A program made the translations under genes and the position numbers. From an uncultured Planctomycetota bacterium (GTDB lineage Bacteria; Planctomycetota; JBBTDB01), in NCBI GenBank assembly GCA_964530615.1, contig CAZHAR010000001.1:12420-76419 (forward strand): a stretch of DNA of 64,000 nucleotides. Reading direction: 5' to 3'. Below, one piece after another: positions 9,480-17,827 of this stretch. Position 1 is the first letter of the stretch; every line of letters starts with the position of its first letter. The notes under the pieces are model-generated. The model ran no database searches, was not told where the DNA came from, and saw only the letters and a list, made by a program, of their open reading frames with translations.

Positions 9480-10724
9480 CTATTCGTATCGTATCAATTG
9501 TCGGACGGCCTCTGCGTCAGAAGCAATTTGTTCTGGATCTTCGTGCATTAAATAAACTTCATATGATTTGCCATAAATATCCTTAGTGACTCCGAGATGA
9601 GATCCAAGGGGGCGAGTGAAGCCTATCCTAAAAAAGGAGGGTAGTTGCTGAACTTCTTCTAATCCGTAAATGGCTTTAATACAAGGAATTTCATAAGTTT
9701 GAAGCCCATTTATAATTCGCGCTTGGAGACGATCATAGCGATCATAATGTAAATCCTCAAGACTGATAGGAAGATTCGCCATATAGTGACAAGCGGCCAA
9801 CTCAAAAAGGCTACGTTCGTGAAGCTTTGAGGTATTGAGGGGTTGATTTCCTCCGGCAAAACGCGCGCCGACTTCCACGAGACAGGGTCCGTATTCATCA
9901 AATTTGAGTTCCATATGAAACGGAGATTTACGGAGTTCAAGGGTTTCAATCACTTTTCCTGCATAGGTCGCTAGCGGTTGAAAAACAGCTTCGTTTGTGT
10001 TGACTTTGATGGTTTCATAATAGAGGTTTTTATATCCATGACTATCTCGTTTATCATAGCGCCAGACATCGGTAATCAGGACATCATAATCGGAATTGGT
10101 AATGCCATTGACGACATATTCGATGCCTCCGAGATACTCTTCTAGAAGCACCTCTCCTTGTTTTCCATGAAAAACTTGGACACAAGATTCAATCAGTTCT
10201 TCCATCGTATTCACAAAAAAAACGTTTTTAGAACCTCCGCCTTCGGTCGGCTTGACAACTATCGGCCATTTATTTAATTCTTGTTGAAAAGCAACTGCTT
10301 CTTCTTCGGTCGTGACAATCCGAGAGGCGTTAATTCGTAAATCCGTGGTATTTTTTCGGAGAAATTCTTTCAAGTAGTATTTGTTTCGAAAACGATGAAT
10401 CACTTCAAGCGGGTTCCAGTCGATTCCCAAATATTCACCTAGTTCTGCGCCAAACTCAATCGTAAATTCGCTCCAAGGAATAATTCCATCTAATGTTCCC
10501 CAATCCTGAAGAATTTGCTCTGCGAGCGATTGAACCTCTGGAAATTCGCTGGCTAAATATTCATCCACAAAATAATCGCCAAGTTCTTCCTCAAACAGAT
10601 GATGAAAGGTATGATATTGATCTTCTGCCGTAAATACCGCGATCCCGCGACAATCATGTTGCGCTAGAAATTCTACCATATAGGCCGGATAATCATGACC
10701 CGGATCTAAGATAACGTAGTACAT
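9480..10724 (-). CDS. ATP-grasp domain enzyme (carboxylate-amine ligase-like)
   Basis: ATP-grasp glycine-rich region VVKPTEGGGSKNVFFV. First gene of the minus-strand operon, 8 nt before the kinase gene. Confidence 0.6.
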   Translation of the reverse strand: MYYVILDPGHDYPAYMVEFLAQHDCRGIAVFTAEDQYHTFHHLFEEELGDYFVDEYLASEFPEVQSLAEQILQDWGTLDGIIPWSEFTIEFGAELGEYLGIDWNPLEVIHRFRNKYYLKEFLRKNTTDLRINASRIVTTEEEAVAFQQELNKWPIVVKPTEGGGSKNVFFVNTMEELIESCVQVFHGKQGEVLLEEYLGGIEYVVNGITNSDYDVLITDVWRYDKRDSHGYKNLYYETIKVNTNEAVFQPLATYAGKVIETLELRKSPFHMELKFDEYGPCLVEVGARFAGGNQPLNTSKLHERSLFELAACHYMANLPISLEDLHYDRYDRLQARIINGLQTYEIPCIKAIYGLEEVQQLPSFFRIGFTRPLGSHLGVTKDIYGKSYEVYLMHEDPEQIASDAEAVRQLIRYE

Positions 10725-10763
10725 AGGTAAAGAACCTTAATGAATAAGTAACTGTTCAGGTCT

Positions 10764-10850
10764 CCTAATGTCCCCCGCTGGCGGGGGATCAAGGGGGTGG
10801 AGTCTTTCAGAATTGCTCTTCCACCCCCAAACCCCCGCCAGCGGGGGACA
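10764..10850. repeat. REP-like GC-rich palindromic element: two inverted copies of ccacccccNNNcccccgccagcgggggac forming a compound hairpin
   Basis: cctaatgtcccccgctggcgggggatcaagggggtgg ... ccacccccaaacccccgccagcgggggac. Each arm holds a perfect 7-bp hairpin (cccccgc/gcggggg). A third copy lies at 57106-57143. It is GC-rich in an AT-rich intergenic region. Confidence 0.8.
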
Positions 10851-11013
10851 AAGACCACAAGATTTTATGGTTTGACCCGAGTTGAGATCTATAGGTTGTA
10901 CCTGAATAGTTACATGAATAATGAATAATAAATAATGGAGCAGAGAAATTTCGTTGTTCTCTGGTAATATTGTAACTATTTCTTGCCGTTGTGGAATATT
11001 TTAGGGAGGATTC

Positions 11014-11190
11014 GTGACAGAAAACAGATCGTCGGACTCTGGAACTCCGCTTGAATTTAAAGAAGTGGATACGCTAGATCCTTGGTTATTCAGGAGTTAT
11101 CTCTTTTTAGCTGTTTTTTTATGGATCGCTGTTTTTTATCTGACCGGAACCAAATGGTGGAACCATCCGTTAACATTTCTTGGCAAATAA
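11014..11190 (+). CDS. Possible small membrane protein (58 aa, GTG start)
   Basis: Manually found ORF that is not in the supplied track. It has a hydrophobic segment (LFLAVFLWIAVFYL) and ends 10 nt before the downstream membrane protein. Weak support. Confidence 0.25.
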   Translation: MTENRSSDSGTPLEFKEVDTLDPWLFRSYLFLAVFLWIAVFYLTGTKWWNHPLTFLGK

Positions 11191-11200
11191 TCGAAAATTT

Positions 11201-13600
11201 ATGAAAACGCTGACTCCGCTCTCTTATCGAATTGGATTGACGCTCTCGCTGATTTGCTTAAGTGTACTGGAATTAGAAATCGCTCTAACACGAGTTTTTG
11301 CGGCCCTGCTTAATTCTCAGATGGTGCTCATGGTTCTTTCTTTAACCATTTGTGGAATGGGATTAGGGGGAATGGTGGTCTCGGGTTGGATTTTTTTTGC
11401 GCCCGCGTCGATTCGTTCCTTACCTCAAAAGCCTGAATTTGTTGAGATTTTTAGTCTGCTTTTTGGCCTTTCTATTCCTTGTATGCTTTATGGTCTTTTA
11501 CAAACGCCTGAATCGGATGTTGCCACGACTTCGTTCTGGAACGCTTATTATTGGGCATTGATATTTTGGGCGACGATGCCCTTCTTTTTTGCGGGAATTG
11601 CAATTTCGAGTTTGTTTGAATGTTATTCTGAACAAGCGGAAACACTCTATTTTTATGATCTTTGTGGCGCTTCGTTAGGATGCCTTACTATAATTTTAAA
11701 GATGGAAGCGGGTGGAGGGCCAATCCGCGCCATTTCATCGATTCCTCTTGTTTTAGGGATCGCTCTGGCAATTTTTCGCTTTTTTCCAAAACCTAAACGA
11801 ACCTACAAAGATCTTGGATTTGGAATCTTATTATTCGGCTATTTGCTTTTGGGAATCTTCTTCGTCGTCAAGCAACCGTTTTCTTTGGATTATCGAAAAG
11901 TAGGAACACAAACGGCGGTAGGAAAAGCGCTCTTGGAAGAAAATGGCCAAATCGTGAGAACGAAGTGGGACTCTTATTCTCGAACGGATCTCGTCGAATA
12001 TCCGAAACATTCCCGTTTTGCCGGAGAAAAGCAACTCTTTATTAATACCGGAAAACGAGCACGTCTTCTTCAAAAGGGGATTGCGCGTCAAACCTATACA
12101 CGAGATATTGCCTTTCTTCCGTTTGCTTATTTCCAAAAACTTAAAGAAACGAGTGGCGCCGGTTTTTCTGTGTTAAATTTAGGATCAGGCGGAGGCTATG
12201 ATACGCGGCTCGCTTTATTTTGTAAGGCGACCGAAATTACCTTAGTCGAAATTAATCCACTCGTGGTTGATTTTGTGGAAGAAGAAAAAGAATTTGCAGG
12301 CGCACTGTTTCATTTTCCAGAGGTCCGAATTTATGTAGATGAGGCTCGCTCTTTTTTAAGAAAAACGTCAAAAACGTATGATGTGATTCATTCTTCTTTG
12401 ACATCTTCGCTGGCTTTTGAAGAATCCTCGCAACTTTCTTTTTATGAATCCTATTTTTACACTCAAGAGGCTATGGGTGAATATCTCTCTCGCTTAAATA
12501 AGAATGGCATTCTTTCGATTATTATTGAGCGAGATGATTTACGAGATAAGTTAGTAGCGACCTTTCTGGCACACTTCCAATCGATTTCTGGAGGACAAAA
12601 AAAAATTTCGGACGGAATGCAACAACTGGCGATTTTAACGATTCCAAAAGCAGGCGGAGCGGCCTACTCTAATTTAATTTTAGCAAAGAATACTCCGTTT
12701 ACGACAGAAGAGAGCCTTCTTTTAGAGGAACTGGCTTCTCCGCTTCAGGGGTATATTCCACAGAGTTCTCAGCGTCATTTTCAGCAATCTCCTTTTTCTG
12801 ACATCGCTCAAGGAAAGCTTGATGTTTTCGGCCCTCAAGGGTGGATTGATTCTTACACCAGCGGGAACGTACGCTTTAATATTGTCCCACCGACCGATGA
12901 CAAACCTTTCTTTTTCAATCATCAAGTGGGCTGGGATAAGCGATTACTTGATTTAGCGGGGAAAGTATTTTTTTATGTCATTTTGCTTCCTTTAATGCTC
13001 TTTTTTTACCCACGTAAAAGCCCCTCAAAGCAAGGGCAAGGGATGCCTCTCTGGAAATTAGGTGTTGCGTTTAGTCTGCTAGGAATGGGATTTATTTTAT
13101 TAGAGATTGCGCTTCTAAAGCAATTTATTCTTTACTTGAGCTATCCTACGTTGACGCTATCAACGACTTTATTTGGACTTCTCTTTTCTGCGGGAATGGG
13201 GGCGTATTGCTTTCGGCGGGTTCCTGATATAAAGAAATTCAAAGGGGCGTGTCTCTTGATTTTTACCAATACGCTTCTCTGGACGTTTTTATTACCTCCG
13301 TTGATGAACGCGACTTTAGGATTTCATACCGTTGTAAGGTGTGGGATTTGCTTAGGTGTTGTCGCTTCGATTGGAATTGTTTTAGGCGTTCCGTTTCCTT
13401 GTTTATTGCGCACGTTAAAGGTCAGGTATCCGGGATGGGTCCCCTTAGCTTTGGCGCTCAATGGAAGTATTTCCGTTCTTGGATCGATTTTTATGATTTT
13501 GATTGCGTTAGAACGAGGGATTCAGGAAACGTTTCTTTTTGGCGCATTCTTATATTTAATCTTAGCGTGCTTGATTCGGGATCGAGATTTTAGCGCATAA
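11201..13600 (+). CDS. Polytopic membrane protein with a spermidine-synthase-like (class I SAM-MTase fold) central domain
   Basis: Many TM helices at the N and C termini. The central VLNLGSGGGYDTRLAL...LVEINPLVVDF resembles the spermidine synthase dinucleotide-fold motif (COG4262-type membrane-bound spermidine synthase). Start set at the ATG at 11201; the track's TTG at 11180 is also possible. Confidence 0.6.
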   Translation: MKTLTPLSYRIGLTLSLICLSVLELEIALTRVFAALLNSQMVLMVLSLTICGMGLGGMVVSGWIFFAPASIRSLPQKPEFVEIFSLLFGLSIPCMLYGLLQTPESDVATTSFWNAYYWALIFWATMPFFFAGIAISSLFECYSEQAETLYFYDLCGASLGCLTIILKMEAGGGPIRAISSIPLVLGIALAIFRFFPKPKRTYKDLGFGILLFGYLLLGIFFVVKQPFSLDYRKVGTQTAVGKALLEENGQIVRTKWDSYSRTDLVEYPKHSRFAGEKQLFINTGKRARLLQKGIARQTYTRDIAFLPFAYFQKLKETSGAGFSVLNLGSGGGYDTRLALFCKATEITLVEINPLVVDFVEEEKEFAGALFHFPEVRIYVDEARSFLRKTSKTYDVIHSSLTSSLAFEESSQLSFYESYFYTQEAMGEYLSRLNKNGILSIIIERDDLRDKLVATFLAHFQSISGGQKKISDGMQQLAILTIPKAGGAAYSNLILAKNTPFTTEESLLLEELASPLQGYIPQSSQRHFQQSPFSDIAQGKLDVFGPQGWIDSYTSGNVRFNIVPPTDDKPFFFNHQVGWDKRLLDLAGKVFFYVILLPLMLFFYPRKSPSKQGQGMPLWKLGVAFSLLGMGFILLEIALLKQFILYLSYPTLTLSTTLFGLLFSAGMGAYCFRRVPDIKKFKGACLLIFTNTLLWTFLLPPLMNATLGFHTVVRCGICLGVVASIGIVLGVPFPCLLRTLKVRYPGWVPLALALNGSISVLGSIFMILIALERGIQETFLFGAFLYLILACLIRDRDFSA

Positions 13601-13617
13601 ATTTTGCCGAGTGCAGA

Positions 13618-14085
13618 TTATTTTAGGAACGTGATCGTGCAAAAAGAGGGTTGTGTAATCAGATCTTCAATCTCAATTGGCTTTTCTTCATGAGGTTTAT
13701 TCTCTTCAATGGAGCGTAATTTCCAAGGAGAGCGGGCAGTACCGACACAACGTCCAAAGCGATCATAAAAATGGATAGAATAGTTAGGTTTCACTTTTTG
13801 AGCAGAAAAATATTTTACGGTAAACAGCGGTTTTTCAGTTCCAATAATGTCGAATTTAATGCTTCGAATATAGCCTTGATTCACATTGATTTCAGAATTT
13901 CCCTCTAGCCAGATTCCTTCAGGAATACGCGATTTCAGGCTTTCGCGATAGGCAAGATCCAGTTTCATTTCTGTTTTTTCTAATTTTTTTTTCAGGATCG
14001 TATTTTCTTGTTGGAGTTGATTCATTTGCTCATCCAAGGAACAACCCAAAAGAAGGAAAAAGAAAGCGAGAGAAAACATACGCAT
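13618..14085 (-). CDS. Lipoprotein, hypothetical (coiled-coil N-terminus)
   Basis: Signal peptide plus lipobox (LLGCS). Confidence 0.45.
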   Translation of the reverse strand: MRMFSLAFFFLLLGCSLDEQMNQLQQENTILKKKLEKTEMKLDLAYRESLKSRIPEGIWLEGNSEINVNQGYIRSIKFDIIGTEKPLFTVKYFSAQKVKPNYSIHFYDRFGRCVGTARSPWKLRSIEENKPHEEKPIEIEDLITQPSFCTITFLK

Positions 14086-14096
14086 ACGATGATCTC

Positions 14097-16337
14097 CTAT
14101 TCTGCGGAATTTTTATCCCAAACACAGCGAAAACCAAGGTCTACAGCAGAATAACAAGGATGAAAAGCGTCTCTAAAGTGACTGCTTCCAAACGAAATAT
14201 CTTCTTTAAAACTGGAGCCTCGAATACTTCGTTCTCTCTGCCATTTAGGATCATACCAGTTCGCCATCCATTCTCGAACATTTCCGGCGAGTTGACAAAT
14301 GCCAAATTCGCTGACATCTTTGGGAAAGGAGTTTACGGCCGCGAGATGAAAAGGAATTCCTTGCGCATTTTTGGTATTCGCAAAACCATAATGGCTTTGA
14401 TGTCCCCAAGGATAGAGATACGAAAATTTTCCTGCACTGGTAATTTCATATTCGACTTCGCTTGGAAGTCGTTTCCCTGCCCAGGTCGCATAGAGAACGC
14501 AATCAAACCAGTTTACAGAGGTGACGGGAAAGAGGGCTTCCTCTTTCTTATAAATAAAAATGCCAGCTTCGTTTTTTGTCCAATGAGCGGGTGGCGAATA
14601 CTTCGTTTCCTGAACAAATTGAAAATATTGTTGATTAGTGACTTCGTATTTATCCATATAAAAATCTAAAACAGTTTGTGAGGTATTTGGATTATCTGAA
14701 GTCAAGTTACTTCCTAAATAATACGTTCCCGCCGGAATCAGGCTCATCTCCTCTAAGTTCACTTTAGGAGGTTTTTGTTCATAGTGAGTTCGTATTTCAC
14801 GAAGCTTGATATTAAATTGTTCTGAAAATTTTGAAAATTTTTCATCAAAAATATCGTTTATTTCTGCAGGCGCAGGTTTCTGGACTGTCGTGGCCAAAAG
14901 AGCCCGAATTTTTTTTTGCAACGCCGGAGGGGAAAAAAAGAAAGAAACTCCTGCAATCAAAAACAAAAAGAAAATCGTAAAAACAAATCGGAAAAAAATT
15001 TTCTTTAGACGACGAGGAGCCTTTGCAGAAAGGCTCTGTGTTTTTTTTAGGATATTTAAATCGAGATGGTAGACGGAAGGAATTTTAATCGCTTTCTCAA
15101 GTGCTTGAGAAAATTCCTGGGCGGTTTGGTGTCGTTGTTGGGGATTTTTGGCCAGAGCTTTATCGACGATCGCTTCAAGGCTCGGCGAAAAATTTTTATT
15201 AGGGCATCGTATCCGTAACGGAACCGGTATTTCCGTAATATGCTTTCCTAAATAGCCATGAACCGTATCCGCATGAAAGGGACGTTCGCCAATGAGCATT
15301 TCATAGAGCATCACTCCCAAAGAATATAAATCGGAGCGGCCATCAATCGCTTCTCCCTTGGCTTGCTCTGGAGACATATATTGCGGAGTGCCAATGACGG
15401 AGGAGGTAATATCGACCTGATCATCGAGTAGTTTTGCAGTTCCAAAATCAAGGATTTTAATAAATAGCTCTTTTTGGGGATGACTGACAATCATGATATT
15501 TGCGGGTTTGATATCGCGATGAACCATTTGTTTCTCATGAGCGGCCCCCAATGCGTCAAGACATTGCCGCAAAATATAACCGGCTTCTTCGACTGAAACC
15601 GCGCCCCGCCAGTCCAGATATTCTTTTAAGGACGTTCCCTCGATGTATTCCATCGCGATATAAAATACAGACGATTTGACCTCCCCATAATCATAAATAT
15701 GAATAATATGGGGATGATTCAATCGAGAGGCGGCTTGTGCTTCCCGTAGAAAACGAGTTAATAAGGTTTTGCTTTCCATGAGTTGAGGTTGAAGGATTTT
15801 GACCGCAACAATTTTTTCCAACTTGATATGTTTCGCTTTATAAACAGCGCCCATTCCTCCTTTGCCCAAAAGTTGAAGTAATTGATAGCGATCATCAATA
15901 ATTAAATTTAAGAGGGGATCGGTTACTTCTTCATTGTGGAGAAAAGTGAGATTTGAGCCATCTGCGGGGCAAAAATTTTTGTCTTCTGAAAATTCCATTC
16001 GGCATTTAGGACAAAATTTAGGGTTATTTTTTTCCACCGTATAAAACTCCGCGAATCCATTCTTTATGCGTAATTGATAGAGAGAAATTTCGTCTTGAAC
16101 ATGGGTCCATTCTGGCTTTTCAAAAAGAAGGAATTCATTAATTTGGATTTTTTTTTGTTGTAACAAAAGTTGGAGAAAACTTCGATGTTGGAGTTTAGCG
16201 AGAGGAATTTGACGGAGGGCCTCATTCAAATCCGAGGGTTTTAATTTTTTATCGATTAAAAGTCTCAACCCGATTTTTCGAACTTCTTCATAGGAAGGAA
16301 ACAAGGTCTCTTGTTGATCTGTATTCTTCAAAAACAC
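14097..16337 (-). CDS. Ser/Thr protein kinase fused to a formylglycine-generating-enzyme (FGE-sulfatase/SUMF1) domain, with an N-terminal zinc ribbon
   Basis: CPKCR...CPADG zinc ribbon. Hanks motifs LGKGGMGAVYKA, HRDIKPANIM, DFGTAK, SPEQ. TM segment. C-terminal RLPSEVEYE and GNVREWMANWYD are typical of the FGE family. Confidence 0.85.
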   Translation of the reverse strand: MFLKNTDQQETLFPSYEEVRKIGLRLLIDKKLKPSDLNEALRQIPLAKLQHRSFLQLLLQQKKIQINEFLLFEKPEWTHVQDEISLYQLRIKNGFAEFYTVEKNNPKFCPKCRMEFSEDKNFCPADGSNLTFLHNEEVTDPLLNLIIDDRYQLLQLLGKGGMGAVYKAKHIKLEKIVAVKILQPQLMESKTLLTRFLREAQAASRLNHPHIIHIYDYGEVKSSVFYIAMEYIEGTSLKEYLDWRGAVSVEEAGYILRQCLDALGAAHEKQMVHRDIKPANIMIVSHPQKELFIKILDFGTAKLLDDQVDITSSVIGTPQYMSPEQAKGEAIDGRSDLYSLGVMLYEMLIGERPFHADTVHGYLGKHITEIPVPLRIRCPNKNFSPSLEAIVDKALAKNPQQRHQTAQEFSQALEKAIKIPSVYHLDLNILKKTQSLSAKAPRRLKKIFFRFVFTIFFLFLIAGVSFFFSPPALQKKIRALLATTVQKPAPAEINDIFDEKFSKFSEQFNIKLREIRTHYEQKPPKVNLEEMSLIPAGTYYLGSNLTSDNPNTSQTVLDFYMDKYEVTNQQYFQFVQETKYSPPAHWTKNEAGIFIYKKEEALFPVTSVNWFDCVLYATWAGKRLPSEVEYEITSAGKFSYLYPWGHQSHYGFANTKNAQGIPFHLAAVNSFPKDVSEFGICQLAGNVREWMANWYDPKWQRERSIRGSSFKEDISFGSSHFRDAFHPCYSAVDLGFRCVWDKNSAE

Positions 16338-16497
16338 CCCTCAAAATATAAAAACAGATATTCGTTGATATTTTTTTATTCTAGAAGTTTTCAAAATCCT
16401 TTCAACAGCGAGAACCAAAGTATTCTTCTTGTGAAAAGAATTCGAACATGTTATCCTTAAGTCCAAAAGTTTCCTTTTTTTGAGAGGTTAGAACTCT

Positions 16498-16977
16498 TTG
16501 ATATATTCCCAGAAAACAAAAATTTCTGAAAAAATAATTTTAAATGAAGAGGTAGAAGAGATTGCTCAAAAACTTCGCGCAAAAGGCAAGAAATTGACCA
16601 ATCAACGATTACAAATTTTGGTTAAAATTTGTAACTTTGAAGAACATTTTACCGCAGAGCAACTAGAATGGAGCCTCAAAAAAGACGGAAAAAATAATTC
16701 CAAAGCAACCATTTATCGAACCCTTTCCTTGCTTCTAGAGCATAATTTTTTGGAATCTCAAGATTTTGGAGATGGCTCCAAATATTATGAAAAAATCGGA
16801 GGAGGAGGGCATCACGATCATTTAATCTGTGTTTCGTGCAAAAAAATTATTGAGTTCCATAATTCCGAAATTGAACGGCTACAAGAAACGGTTGCCACCC
16901 ACCATCATTTTCAAATTCTTTATCATAGCCATCGTCTTTTCGGTGTATGTAGCACCTGTCGGAATACCAATATCTAG
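16498..16977 (+). CDS. Fur-family metal-responsive transcriptional regulator
   Basis: HHDHLICxxC...CSTC metal-binding motifs and an N-terminal winged-helix region. Confidence 0.8.
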   Translation: MIYSQKTKISEKIILNEEVEEIAQKLRAKGKKLTNQRLQILVKICNFEEHFTAEQLEWSLKKDGKNNSKATIYRTLSLLLEHNFLESQDFGDGSKYYEKIGGGGHHDHLICVSCKKIIEFHNSEIERLQETVATHHHFQILYHSHRLFGVCSTCRNTNI

Positions 16978-16986
16978 TCGCTTCAT

Positions 16987-17751
16987 TTAAAAGGGTCTGA
17001 TAAAAATAGGGACCAAATTGGATTCGTTATTGGGCCATATTGGAGGAGATAAAAGACTCTCTATCTGATAAGATTTCACTAACTCCACCTTGCCGATAAG
17101 ATAGAGAAAAAATATGAAAAAAACAATAAAAAAATTTCCAGAATAAAGACCTAAAATCAGAAAAACAAAAAAGAATAAGTTCCCCACTTTTAGTGTTTTT
17201 GCTGTCGCTTGAGAATAGCTCACTTTCCCACGCCACAAGAAAATAGCTCGCAAAATACGGCCCCCATCCATTGGAAAGGCCGGAAACAAGTTGAAGACCC
17301 CTAAGAGCAGGTTTAGAGAAGCCAATCCAGTAAAGAACCAATTGGGAAAAAAGAAATTCGAGAGCAAAAAATACCCTGCAAGCACAAAATTCACTATTGG
17401 ACCTGCGATGGCCATCAAGAATTCTTTTTTTGGCTTTTGAGCAAAATGAAGAACCGTTTCAGTATCGCCAATTTTGGTGGTTCCCCCTAATAAAGAGAGA
17501 ACAATTTTTTCTACAGGAAATCCGAACCACTGAATAATGCGGATATGCCCTAATTCATGAAGCAAAATACAAAAATAGAGAGAGATTAACAGAAGTAAAA
17601 AAGGCAGATCTCCGTAGCAAAAAAGAGGAAGCAGTAACATTAAGTGATGGATTTCAATAGGAACACCAAGCGCCGACCCCACTCGGGTCGTTCTCAAAAA
17701 CCATCCCAGAATTTTCCAAAGCGAGAGTGTTCCAATAAAATTTTTCCTCAT
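16987..17751 (-). CDS. Site-2 protease family (peptidase M50) membrane metalloprotease
   Basis: HELGH zinc motif in a TM context (LLHELGHIRI) and multiple TM helices. Confidence 0.7.
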   Translation of the reverse strand: MRKNFIGTLSLWKILGWFLRTTRVGSALGVPIEIHHLMLLLPLFCYGDLPFLLLLISLYFCILLHELGHIRIIQWFGFPVEKIVLSLLGGTTKIGDTETVLHFAQKPKKEFLMAIAGPIVNFVLAGYFLLSNFFFPNWFFTGLASLNLLLGVFNLFPAFPMDGGRILRAIFLWRGKVSYSQATAKTLKVGNLFFFVFLILGLYSGNFFIVFFIFFLYLIGKVELVKSYQIESLLSPPIWPNNESNLVPIFIRPF

Positions 17752-17827
17752 ACAAAGAAAAAGCCGAGAGAGGCTTCTCGGCTCGATACATGGAAAAAAA
17801 TTAGGCAGAAAAATCGTTCAAAAGATT

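Noticed and set aside
16338-16497. Possible Fur box in the divergent Fur/kinase promoter region (ttcttgtgaaaagaattcgaa)
   Set aside because: It has only a loose AT-rich partial palindrome and a poor match to the GATAATGATAATCATTATC consensus. It is not supportable from sequence alone.
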